Assembly: GCA_017610305.1 (NCBI GenBank)
Contig: JAFCCJ010000002.1
Span: 1-49,724 of the forward strand
Direction of reading: 5' to 3'
DNA: 49,724 nt
From: Candidatus Iainarchaeum sp.
GTDB lineage: Archaea; Iainarchaeota; Iainarchaeia; Iainarchaeales; JAFCCJ01
This document shows positions 24,932-33,165 of this stretch, in pieces (the stretch's first letter is position 1; the number at the start of each line of letters is the position of its first letter). The position numbers were made by a program, and so were the translations under genes. The notes under the pieces were generated by a model, which was given only the letters and a program-made list of their open reading frames with translations, did not search any database and was not told the origin of the DNA.

Positions 24932-25761
24932 CCATAAACATAACTATGCCAGAATTGAATTCAACATCGACAAAGGACAAAGTAATTTCAATCCTTTCAA
25001 GGAAATGGCCAATGAGCACCAAGGAGATTTATAATGCGCTGCAACGGGAGTACGGCGTTGAAATATCTTATCAGGCAGTCCATAAGATAATAAGCCAGCT
25101 TCAAAATGACGACGTGATGATTAAGAATGGCAGAGACTTGGAGATAAGCAGGGAATGGATTTCTAAAGTGAAGAAGTTTAGCAATTCCCTAGATTCTAAA
25201 TATTCCAATGGGGAAATTGATTACGAAAATTTCAATGGTTCGCTTCATCTCAAATTAAACAATTTTGTTGAGCTGGGGAGATTCCTCATAAATGACTATT
25301 TCACAAAATTCCCGAATGAGGATAATAAAGATTGCGTGTGCTTCTGGAAGCACCATTATCCGGCCACCGGCGTTAGTGATACTGAGCATGAGAACATGAA
25401 AAAGATATTTGCGGAGCATGTCCATTACGGGATATCTAAATGCGACAATTTTTTAGACGTGTATTTTGGCAATTATTTGACGGGATTGGGCAAGAGAAAT
25501 ATCTCTGGCGCGGAGTTCAGTACCGGAATTGATACTTTCATAATGGGGGACTTTATCTGCCAGGTTTATTTCGAGCCTGGCTTTTACAAGGAAGTTGAGA
25601 AACTATATGAAAATACGCAATCGCAGGATGGCATGGACTTTTCCAAGCTTCTGGAACTGACCTCAAAAAAGACCGAGATTAATGTTTTGATTACTAAAAA
25701 TGCCTCTTTGGCAGATATGATGAGGGGGGAGGCGAAAGGAATATTTGAAAAATCCAAATAA
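24928..25761 (+). CDS. Paralogue 4: wHTH plus uncharacterised C-terminal domain
   Basis: ISILSRKWPMSTKEIYNALQREYGVEISYQAVHKIISQLQNDDVMIK. ATGA overlap with paralogue 3 when started at MTINITMPELN. Confidence 0.75.
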   Translation: MTINITMPELNSTSTKDKVISILSRKWPMSTKEIYNALQREYGVEISYQAVHKIISQLQNDDVMIKNGRDLEISREWISKVKKFSNSLDSKYSNGEIDYENFNGSLHLKLNNFVELGRFLINDYFTKFPNEDNKDCVCFWKHHYPATGVSDTEHENMKKIFAEHVHYGISKCDNFLDVYFGNYLTGLGKRNISGAEFSTGIDTFIMGDFICQVYFEPGFYKEVEKLYENTQSQDGMDFSKLLELTSKKTEINVLITKNASLADMMRGEAKGIFEKSK

Positions 25762-25762
25762 A

Positions 25763-26341
25763 TCATTTTTCAAAAAATGATGCAATCTCGAATTTTTCAA
25801 TCGCTACATACGCAATATCAAATGCCATAAACGCAAAAAAGAAAATCCATCCGAAATAGTTGAATAAAGCGAATAGAAAAACTGCCAATTTCATCGCGAA
25901 ACGGTATTGGAAAAAATAATTGGCTACTTTGTTTATTTTTTTGTTCTTTTCAACAAAATCATGCCCTATTTCATCAGATATTGCTGCCAGGGAGATTACT
26001 ATTAATGGAATCCATAAAAATTGTACAAATTCACTGAAAAACAAAATCACTAAAATAGTCAGCAAACCTATTTGATGGCCAATGTTATTGATTTTTCCTT
26101 TTAGAACAGCTGCGATTAGTATTGCGGCTAAAATAGAAGCTGCTGCGGGGCTTGATGCCATAGAGATTGCCCATAGAATTCCGACAAGGGGAGCTAAGAC
26201 TATAGCAACCCATTCTTTCGAAATCTTCTTATCAAAGATATCGTCGATTAATTTCACGCCAACACCAAACAGAATAAAGGAAATAATAAAATATATTGCA
26301 AGAATATGCTCTTCTGAAAAAATAAGATCTTCTAACAACAA
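25763..26341 (-). CDS. Six-TM membrane protein with two Asp-rich loop motifs (DDIFD, DEIGHD), function unknown
   Basis: 192 aa and last gene of the minus-strand cluster. Its stop is 1 nt from the convergent stop of paralogue 4. Confidence 0.6.
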   Translation of the reverse strand: MLLEDLIFSEEHILAIYFIISFILFGVGVKLIDDIFDKKISKEWVAIVLAPLVGILWAISMASSPAAASILAAILIAAVLKGKINNIGHQIGLLTILVILFFSEFVQFLWIPLIVISLAAISDEIGHDFVEKNKKINKVANYFFQYRFAMKLAVFLFALFNYFGWIFFFAFMAFDIAYVAIEKFEIASFFEK

Positions 26342-26377
26342 AAATAATCACCCGGATAATTTCTCTAAAATAAAAAC

Positions 26378-27457
26378 TCAATCAATAAAATTTTTGATTT
26401 CTCCATTTTTAATTCTATGATAATACTCTTTTCTCTTTGCAGGGTTTGAAAATGTTTTAGCTTTTAATAATCTTTCTTTTATTTCACTAATTAGCGGTCC
26501 ACATAAATTTTTATAATGCCCTAATGGATTATCAAAATCAGTTTTTATTGCTTTAGATAATAAATCTCCACTTCTAAGTGCAAAACTGATACCTTCTCCG
26601 CTACTTGAGCTTATAAGACCAGCTGCCTCCCCAACCAAAATTACATTCTTTTTTCCAAATTCAATTTCTTTTAAAGACCTAGGCCTAGCCCCAACAGCCG
26701 CTTCTCTTCGAATAAAAGTCTTATCAATATTTATTTTGGTTTTTCTTTTGAATTTTTCTTTGAATAAATTCATTTTTTCTTTTGAATTTTCATAGCAAAT
26801 CGATGTTGCTAATAACATTTCTTCATCTTTTGGGATGACCCACGAATAAAAATCTGTAATTTCTTTGTCATAAATAAAGTAAATATCATTAATTTTATCT
26901 GATTTTTTAACTATATCCTGTATTACTAAATATCGCCTTATCGGAACAGAAGATATTTTTCTTCTTATCGTTGAAGCTCCACCATCAGCACCAATTAAAT
27001 AATTACATTTAACTACTTTAGTCTTATCCCCATTTCGCAGAACGACATATATAATATTTTTAATAGAATCATAATCAATTAGAGTTGTACTAGGTAGAAG
27101 GTCAGCACTATTTGGAACTAGTGAAAGAAGCCAGTGATCAAATTCCCTTCTTTTAATATTTAAAAAATCTCTATTTAATCTTAACTCCAGATTATTGTCC
27201 CAGTCATCAATAACAAATTGCGGTCTTTCTGGTTTTGAAAAAACTTTTGATGGAATATCTAAATTTCTAAGAAACTGCAGTGTTCTTTCAACAAGAATTC
27301 CGCCACAAGGTTTTTCTCGGGGGAAATTATCTCTATCTATTATTAAAGTACTATATTTATTTGAAATATTTTTTCCTAGAATACATCCTGCGGGCCCCGC
27401 CCCTACAATAATCACATCATAACTTTCTTGAATCGAATCAAAATCTATATGGGTCAT
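26378..27457 (-). CDS. FAD-dependent geranylgeranyl-reductase-family oxidoreductase
   Basis: YDVIIVGAGPAGCILGKNIS...LIIDRDNFPREKPCGGIL (dinucleotide fold plus the PCGG motif typical of GGR/BchP/ChlP), then later GEAAGLISSSSGEGI. Confidence 0.75.
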   Translation of the reverse strand: MTHIDFDSIQESYDVIIVGAGPAGCILGKNISNKYSTLIIDRDNFPREKPCGGILVERTLQFLRNLDIPSKVFSKPERPQFVIDDWDNNLELRLNRDFLNIKRREFDHWLLSLVPNSADLLPSTTLIDYDSIKNIIYVVLRNGDKTKVVKCNYLIGADGGASTIRRKISSVPIRRYLVIQDIVKKSDKINDIYFIYDKEITDFYSWVIPKDEEMLLATSICYENSKEKMNLFKEKFKRKTKINIDKTFIRREAAVGARPRSLKEIEFGKKNVILVGEAAGLISSSSGEGISFALRSGDLLSKAIKTDFDNPLGHYKNLCGPLISEIKERLLKAKTFSNPAKRKEYYHRIKNGEIKNFID

Positions 27458-27495
27458 AGTACATCACCAATTAAATATTTCAACCGATAAAAATA

Positions 27496-28083
27496 TCATT
27501 TCAAATCTGTTTCCCACTTTGCCCATAATTCACTTTTTATCTTGGCAATTTTTTTCGGGTTAGCATAAATGAATTCACAATATGGATCCCCCTGAGCAAT
27601 ACAATGGGTCTCAATGGCTTCATTGGGTTGATTAAATAAGACATTAAATGACCCAGCATATAATCCTGCAGTTATGATGTCAACAGGGAATTTACTTGCC
27701 CCATACATGTGCACATACCTCATTGCAACCGGGGAATTATCAAATCTAGTGATTACTTTTTTTTCTTCCATGCTAAATTTGGTTATACTTGCTTTACCAT
27801 AGCCTGCCAAAGTAACTATCTCCGTATATAGTTTTGCCAATTCTCTACCGGCAGATCTTGTATTTCTTCTCAATTCTTTCGAATATTCCTCCGTTCCTTT
27901 TTTCGCATTTTTATAAATTAGATCGTGAGCTTTAGAGTAACCAAAATCATCTATTAAGTTATGAATAAGCGAGACCGAATAATCTGCGGGATTCAAAATA
28001 ACTGGAATATTATATATATTAATTTTGCCCTCTTCCAATTTTAAGGCATTGGACATTAACAGTTTTGCAGCAAATCTAAACAT
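27496..28083 (-). CDS. V4R (4-vinyl reductase) domain protein
   Basis: C-terminal hallmark ETHCIAQGDPYCEFIY. It is colinear over its full length with the second V4R protein at 32601-33164. It overlaps the UbiA gene's 3' end by 28 nt; an alternative start at 28056 would form a TAATG junction. Confidence 0.65.
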   Translation of the reverse strand: MFRFAAKLLMSNALKLEEGKINIYNIPVILNPADYSVSLIHNLIDDFGYSKAHDLIYKNAKKGTEEYSKELRRNTRSAGRELAKLYTEIVTLAGYGKASITKFSMEEKKVITRFDNSPVAMRYVHMYGASKFPVDIITAGLYAGSFNVLFNQPNEAIETHCIAQGDPYCEFIYANPKKIAKIKSELWAKWETDLK

Positions 28084-28949
28084 TTTATACTCACCTCATA
28101 TAAATAGGCAAATAAAATTAAGAATTCTATTAATGCCAAGGACATTGTCAACCATTTGAAAAAAGAAAACGCATTTTTTGAAGTTATCTCTTTGTAAAAT
28201 TTTTTAAAACAATATAAAAGAGGGATTAATACGATGAATAATATTGCATAAATAAAGGATATCTTGCCATTCAAAATTAAAAATAATAACGACAGAAACG
28301 AAATAAAATAAAGTAAGACTGCTGCAAAAAAGGATTTCTTTAATCCCAATATAACAACTAACGTTTTTGAATTCATTTCTAAATCAGCTTCATAATCTTC
28401 GAAATTTTTTGAAAATAATGCAGCTAAACCAAATAAAAATATAATTAAAAATTGCGGCCAAGGTATTAATTCAAAACTGTTATATACTCCCCAACCAATA
28501 ATTAATGGAAAAAGAGTATAAGTAATAGCAATAATAAAATCAGAAACTATGGGGAATCGTTTAAGTGTGGGAGGTACAGAATAAAAAATTGAAAATAGGG
28601 TCATTATAATAAAAAAAACAAAGTATTCGAATCTAAAAAAAGAATAAATAATCAAATTAGAAACTAAAAAAAGAACCGCTGAATAAATAAATGCTTTTCC
28701 CGTAGAAATTTTCCCTGAAGGTATTGGTCGATAAGATTTACTAATTCTATCTGATTCTACATCAAAAATAGCATTTAGAGTGTTAAAGCCGCCAATAAAA
28801 GCAAAAAAAGCAAAAAAGCCAATTATTATATAAAAGGTAGGAAAGAATTCAGACCCCATAACTAAACCAACAGTATACGCCAAAAAAATCATAACTACGG
28901 TTATGGGGTAAGGTAATTCTAGATAAGGTCTAATTTTATCCATTAGCAT
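28056..28949 (-). CDS. UbiA-superfamily membrane prenyltransferase (DGGGP-synthase-like; substrate not assignable by eye)
   Basis: First Asp-rich motif is NAIFDVESDRISKSYRPIPSGKIS. Second motif is FEDYEADLEMNSKTLVVILG. About 8-9 TM segments, 297 aa. Confidence 0.8.
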   Translation of the reverse strand: MLMDKIRPYLELPYPITVVMIFLAYTVGLVMGSEFFPTFYIIIGFFAFFAFIGGFNTLNAIFDVESDRISKSYRPIPSGKISTGKAFIYSAVLFLVSNLIIYSFFRFEYFVFFIIMTLFSIFYSVPPTLKRFPIVSDFIIAITYTLFPLIIGWGVYNSFELIPWPQFLIIFLFGLAALFSKNFEDYEADLEMNSKTLVVILGLKKSFFAAVLLYFISFLSLLFLILNGKISFIYAILFIVLIPLLYCFKKFYKEITSKNAFSFFKWLTMSLALIEFLILFAYLYEVSIKCLDLLQNC

Positions 28950-28967
28950 TAAAACGCCCCTAAAAAA

Positions 28968-29732
28968 TTAAATCTTATATTCTTCTTCTTTGATTAGATG
29001 TATGCCGTTTGAACCAATTTCGTAAAGTATAGATTTTTTTTCATGCGAAGTATATCTCATTTTTCGGATAATCATACTCCTATTTTCAACACTTCCAACT
29101 CCCAAATAATAAAGGGCAATAACACCATCACAAATAAATTCTGAAATATTGTCTGCCGAAAGAAAATTGCTCTTTTCAGGAAGTTCAGTAGTGAGCATAA
29201 CTGTCGCATCAAATAATCGGATTTTGTTCATTAAATGGTATAAGAGGGATTTTGCAACAACCTTTTCAGTTCGGGGGATTGGGGAAACTGATTCAGCAAC
29301 CTGCACCATCGAGAATGCTGTGTCCTCGCGCATTCCGGAAACTAAAAGGGAATCTGTGAATGTGGTCAGGGAATCAAGAACAATTCTTTTCGGGGTGAAT
29401 GCGGTGTATAAATCGTAAATTTTTTCGAGGGCGTTATCTGACTGGACAACATCAAAATATTCTATTTTGAGGAGGTTTTTCTGCTCCAAACCCTCAATAT
29501 CCCAGCCAAAATTGGTGCCAGCCTTAATCAGTTCCTTTCGCTTCTGCTCTGTTGAAATGTACAAACCTTTCTCGCCGAAGAGTTTTGCGCCATTAATCAG
29601 GTACTGCATGCATAGTGTGCTTTTACCAGTTCCAGCCCCGCCTGAAACAAGGACAACGTTGTTTTTCGGGATTCCCCCCTCAAGGGCCTTATCCAAACCC
29701 GGGATTCCAGTTTTTACCTTTTCAACTGCCAT
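28968..29732 (-). CDS. Single-domain KaiC/RadA-like (RecA-superfamily, COG0467-like) ATPase
   Basis: GIPGLDKALEGGIPKNNVVLVSGGAGTGKSTLCMQY (Walker A), Walker B-like IVLDSLT, 254 aa. Confidence 0.8.
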   Translation of the reverse strand: MAVEKVKTGIPGLDKALEGGIPKNNVVLVSGGAGTGKSTLCMQYLINGAKLFGEKGLYISTEQKRKELIKAGTNFGWDIEGLEQKNLLKIEYFDVVQSDNALEKIYDLYTAFTPKRIVLDSLTTFTDSLLVSGMREDTAFSMVQVAESVSPIPRTEKVVAKSLLYHLMNKIRLFDATVMLTTELPEKSNFLSADNISEFICDGVIALYYLGVGSVENRSMIIRKMRYTSHEKKSILYEIGSNGIHLIKEEEYKI

Positions 29733-29842
29733 AGTATCCTTACTATAAAGGCACTCACTGGTATAAAAAGCTTTCTCGGGGCGTTTAGGGCGTTAAAGAA
29801 AAGGATAATAAACTCATTGAACTTAATTTAAAAGGTGAGAAA

Positions 29843-30217
29843 ATGGTTGAATTTGGGCCGCATTTGATGATCGATGGTTATGGTTGCGATAGGGCGAAGC
29901 TGGATGATGAGGCATTGGTTAGGGGGATTCTGGAGGAATTGCCTTCTGAATTGGGGATGAAGATTTTAGGTGAGCCTGTTGTGGAAAAATATGGAGGCAA
30001 TGGGGGCCATGACCCTGGAGGAATAAGTGGTTTTGTGATAATTACTGACAGCCATATCTCAATCCATACAGTTCCCAAGAAGGGGTTTGTTTCTGTTGAT
30101 GTTTACTCCTGCAAGGAATTTGATGTTGAGAGGGCGAAGGAATATTTTAAGGATAAGTTTGGGATTGGGAAAATGGAAGTTAATTTAGTGAACCGGGGAA
30201 CGCATTACGGGGAATAG
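29843..30217 (+). CDS. speH: Pyruvoyl-dependent S-adenosylmethionine decarboxylase proenzyme family (SpeH-like)
   Basis: FGPHLMIDGYGCD and the self-processing region ITDSHISIHTVPKKGFVSVDVYSC. GGTGA lies upstream of the ATG. The processing site reads D-S rather than the usual E-S, so substrate is uncertain. Confidence 0.7.
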   Translation: MVEFGPHLMIDGYGCDRAKLDDEALVRGILEELPSELGMKILGEPVVEKYGGNGGHDPGGISGFVIITDSHISIHTVPKKGFVSVDVYSCKEFDVERAKEYFKDKFGIGKMEVNLVNRGTHYGE

Positions 30218-30219
30218 AG

Positions 30220-30906
30220 ATGGAAATAGCTGTTAAAAGCCTGCTTGAGGGGGCAAAAGAGGCAGAAGGTACTGCCGTAATAATTGATGTTTTTAGGGTA
30301 GGGTCAACCATCAATTATCTTTTTGAGAAAGGTGTGAGTAGGATTTTTGTTGTTAGGGATGATGAAGAGGCGTTCAGGCTGAAGGAGGAAAAGGGCTGTT
30401 TTCTTATTGGCGAAAAGGACGGAATTAAAATCAGGGGGTTTGATTTAGACAATTCCCCGCACGATGTATTGAATTCTGAATTGGGGGAAAAGGAAATTGC
30501 GCTTAAATCAAGCAATGGCAGTGAAGGGATTGTAAACTGCAAAAATGCCGATGAAATTCTTACCGCAAGCTTTACCAACGCCAAGGCGACGGCAGAATAT
30601 CTTCAGGAGAAAAATCCAGGGATTGTAAGTTTGGTGGCTATGGGCAGGTTAAAGCTGAATGAGAAGAGGGATGAGGATGAGATGTGCGCAGAATATATTA
30701 AGGCACTGCTACAGGGGGAGGAAATGGATTTTGGGGAAATTAGGGAGCATCTCAAAAAATGCAAGAGCAGCAGGAGATTTCTGGATCCTGAAATAAAGCC
30801 GTGGATCGCGGAGGATTTCCACCTTGCAATGGAACTGGACAGGCATAATTTTGCGGTTAGGGTGAAACGGGGCATGCCTTTTGAGCTGGAGAAAGTGGAA
30901 TTATAG
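30220..30906 (+). CDS. comB: 2-phosphosulfolactate phosphatase (ComB) family protein
   Basis: AVIIDVFRVGSTI is a ComB-type N-terminal motif. Size (228 aa) fits. Confidence 0.6.
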   Translation: MEIAVKSLLEGAKEAEGTAVIIDVFRVGSTINYLFEKGVSRIFVVRDDEEAFRLKEEKGCFLIGEKDGIKIRGFDLDNSPHDVLNSELGEKEIALKSSNGSEGIVNCKNADEILTASFTNAKATAEYLQEKNPGIVSLVAMGRLKLNEKRDEDEMCAEYIKALLQGEEMDFGEIREHLKKCKSSRRFLDPEIKPWIAEDFHLAMELDRHNFAVRVKRGMPFELEKVEL

Positions 30907-30932
30907 CAGACTAAGTCTTTTAATCATTTCAA

Positions 30933-32600
30933 ATGGAATATTATAGGGATTATTTGAGAAAGGATATTGAGATTGCTGATTCTGTTAAACTTAAGCCAAT
31001 TGATGCAATTGCAAAAAGGCTGGGTGTTGGGAAAAAGTATTTGAGGCATTACGGGAAGCATATTGCGAAGATTGATGCTAAGTTGCTTAAGAGATTGGGA
31101 AAGAAAGAAGGGAAACTTATTCTTGTTACCGCAATTACCCCGACCAAGGCAGGGGAAGGAAAAACAACCGTAAGCATTGGGCTTACGCAGGCGATGAATA
31201 AAATCAGGAAGGAGACAACTGTTTGCTTAAGGGAACCTTCACTTGGGCCGGTTTTCGGGATTAAGGGCGGGGCTGCCGGGGGCGGATTTTCGCAGGTCCT
31301 TCCAATGGAGGATATCAATTTGCATTTTACAGGGGACATCCATGCAATGGGGGCTGCAAACAATTTGTGCTCTGCCGTTATTGACAATCATATCTTTCAG
31401 GGGAATAAACTGGGAATTGATACAAAGAGGGTTTTGTGGAGAAGATGTGTGGATATGAATGACCGGGCATTGAGGGATATCAGGATTAATGCAAAAGAAG
31501 GGAGCAGGGATGAGAGTTATGTGATAACTGTTGCATCTGAAGTAATGGCGATTCTTTGCTTAAGCCAGGATTTGATGGAACTAAAGAAAAGATTGGGAAA
31601 GGTGGTTGTTGCATTTAATAAAAAAAGCAAGCCTGTTACAATTAGGGATTTAGGGATTGATGGGGCAATGACAATGCTTCTAAAAGATGCCATTAATCCA
31701 AATCTGGTACAGACAATTGAGGGAACCCCTGCAATAATCCATGGCGGACCTTTTGCAAATATTGCGCATGGCTGCAGTTCTATAATTGCGACGAAAATTT
31801 CTCTCGGGCTTTCGGATTATACTGTTACTGAAGCCGGTTTTGGGAGTGATTTGGGTGCAGAGAAGTTTTTGAATATTAAGTGCAGGCAGGGGAAATTGAG
31901 GCCTAATGCGGTTGTACTTGTGGCCACTATCCGTGCATTGAGAAGGCATGGCGGAGATGTTAATTATAAAAGAGTGAATGTTAGAGCTGTTGAAGCAGGG
32001 TTGGAGAATCTGGGGGCGCATATTGAGAATATTGGGAAATTTGGTTTGCCTGTTGTTGTTGCAATTAATGAGTTTGCGGGGGATTCTGCGGATGAAATTA
32101 AGATGGTGAAAGACTATTGCAAAGAACTGGGAGTTAAGGCAATTCCTGCTAAAATCTTCACTCAGGGGGGCAGGGGCGGAATTAAACTTGCAAAGGAAGT
32201 TGTGGAATTGTGCAAGAGGGAAACGCAATTTAGATTCCTTTATGGGCTGAATAAATCAATTAAGGACAAAATTTGGATAATTGCAAAGGAGATTTATGGT
32301 GCTGACGGGGTTAAGTATTCTAAAGATGCTGAAAGGAATATTCGCAATTTGAAAAGGGCAGGTTTTGGGAAACTGGCAATCTGCATGAGCAAAACCCCGT
32401 TGAGTTTGAGTGATGACAAAAAAAGGCCGGGGCGGCCGAGAGGATTTAAGGTTAAAATTGATGAAGTTAGGGTGAGTGCAGGTGCGGGGTTTTTGGTTGT
32501 ATATGCTGGGAAGATGAATCCAATGCCAGGATTGTCGAAAAAGCCTGCTGCACTTGGAATGGATGTTAATGGAAACGGGAAAATAACCGGGCTGTTTTGA
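30933..32600 (+). CDS. fhs: Formate--tetrahydrofolate ligase
   Basis: TPTKAGEGKTTVSIGL, GPVFGIKGGAAGGG, and colinear over the whole 555 aa. Confidence 0.9.
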   Translation: MEYYRDYLRKDIEIADSVKLKPIDAIAKRLGVGKKYLRHYGKHIAKIDAKLLKRLGKKEGKLILVTAITPTKAGEGKTTVSIGLTQAMNKIRKETTVCLREPSLGPVFGIKGGAAGGGFSQVLPMEDINLHFTGDIHAMGAANNLCSAVIDNHIFQGNKLGIDTKRVLWRRCVDMNDRALRDIRINAKEGSRDESYVITVASEVMAILCLSQDLMELKKRLGKVVVAFNKKSKPVTIRDLGIDGAMTMLLKDAINPNLVQTIEGTPAIIHGGPFANIAHGCSSIIATKISLGLSDYTVTEAGFGSDLGAEKFLNIKCRQGKLRPNAVVLVATIRALRRHGGDVNYKRVNVRAVEAGLENLGAHIENIGKFGLPVVVAINEFAGDSADEIKMVKDYCKELGVKAIPAKIFTQGGRGGIKLAKEVVELCKRETQFRFLYGLNKSIKDKIWIIAKEIYGADGVKYSKDAERNIRNLKRAGFGKLAICMSKTPLSLSDDKKRPGRPRGFKVKIDEVRVSAGAGFLVVYAGKMNPMPGLSKKPAALGMDVNGNGKITGLF

Positions 32601-33164
32601 TTATTCAACCTTCAACTGCCGCCGGGGGTTCTTTTTGTTGAAATCAAAGTCATGGACCTCTTTTATTATGAATTCGCATTCCTTTTCGTTCATTGCGGCG
32701 CATTTTGTTTCAAGGCAGTCGAGGTCGGTTTTCAGTAAATTGGAGAAAATGCCAGCGAAAATCCCGCGCAGGAAATGGTCAACAGGCTCCTTTGACTTTC
32801 CATGGAGGGCGGTTGCCATTGGGGAACTGGAAACCACAATAATTGCGCGTTTTTTCTCGGGGCTGAAATCAATTATCTTTATCCCGCCCCATCCGGAAGC
32901 GGAAAAGAAATTTCGCATAAATGTTAATGCCCTGTCTCCCTGCATTCCAAAATCAAGGTTAAACTGCTTTGAAAGGTTTTTTCGCATTGAGTCCTTTACA
33001 GAATAATAAAGGTTGATGTTGGTTTCCTTGTCCCCTTTTGCGACAATTCCAATAAGAAGTTCTGTTGGGACAATCACAAAGGGGAGGTTCAGGAGATAGA
33101 AATTGTTGTGCTTGTACTTTAATCCATTTGTAAAAATAAACTTGTCAAAAAAGCTGTTAAGCAT
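32601..33164 (-). CDS. V4R domain protein (second copy)
   Basis: C-terminal ETKCAAMNEKECEFIIK. The N-terminus aligns with the 27496-28083 product. Confidence 0.6.
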   Translation of the reverse strand: MLNSFFDKFIFTNGLKYKHNNFYLLNLPFVIVPTELLIGIVAKGDKETNINLYYSVKDSMRKNLSKQFNLDFGMQGDRALTFMRNFFSASGWGGIKIIDFSPEKKRAIIVVSSSPMATALHGKSKEPVDHFLRGIFAGIFSNLLKTDLDCLETKCAAMNEKECEFIIKEVHDFDFNKKNPRRQLKVE

Positions 33165-33165
33165 T

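Noticed and set aside
20200-29750. An integrated mobile element or provirus as the explanation for the accessory region and AT-rich island.
   Set aside because: I could recognise no integrase, transposase, rep gene, capsid gene, terminal inverted or direct repeats, or flanking tRNA. Horizontal origin remains possible, but a defined mobile element is not supported by the sequence.
31680-32228. The 182-aa minus-strand ORF within fhs.
   Set aside because: It is antisense to a gene that is colinear with formate-THF ligase over its entire length.
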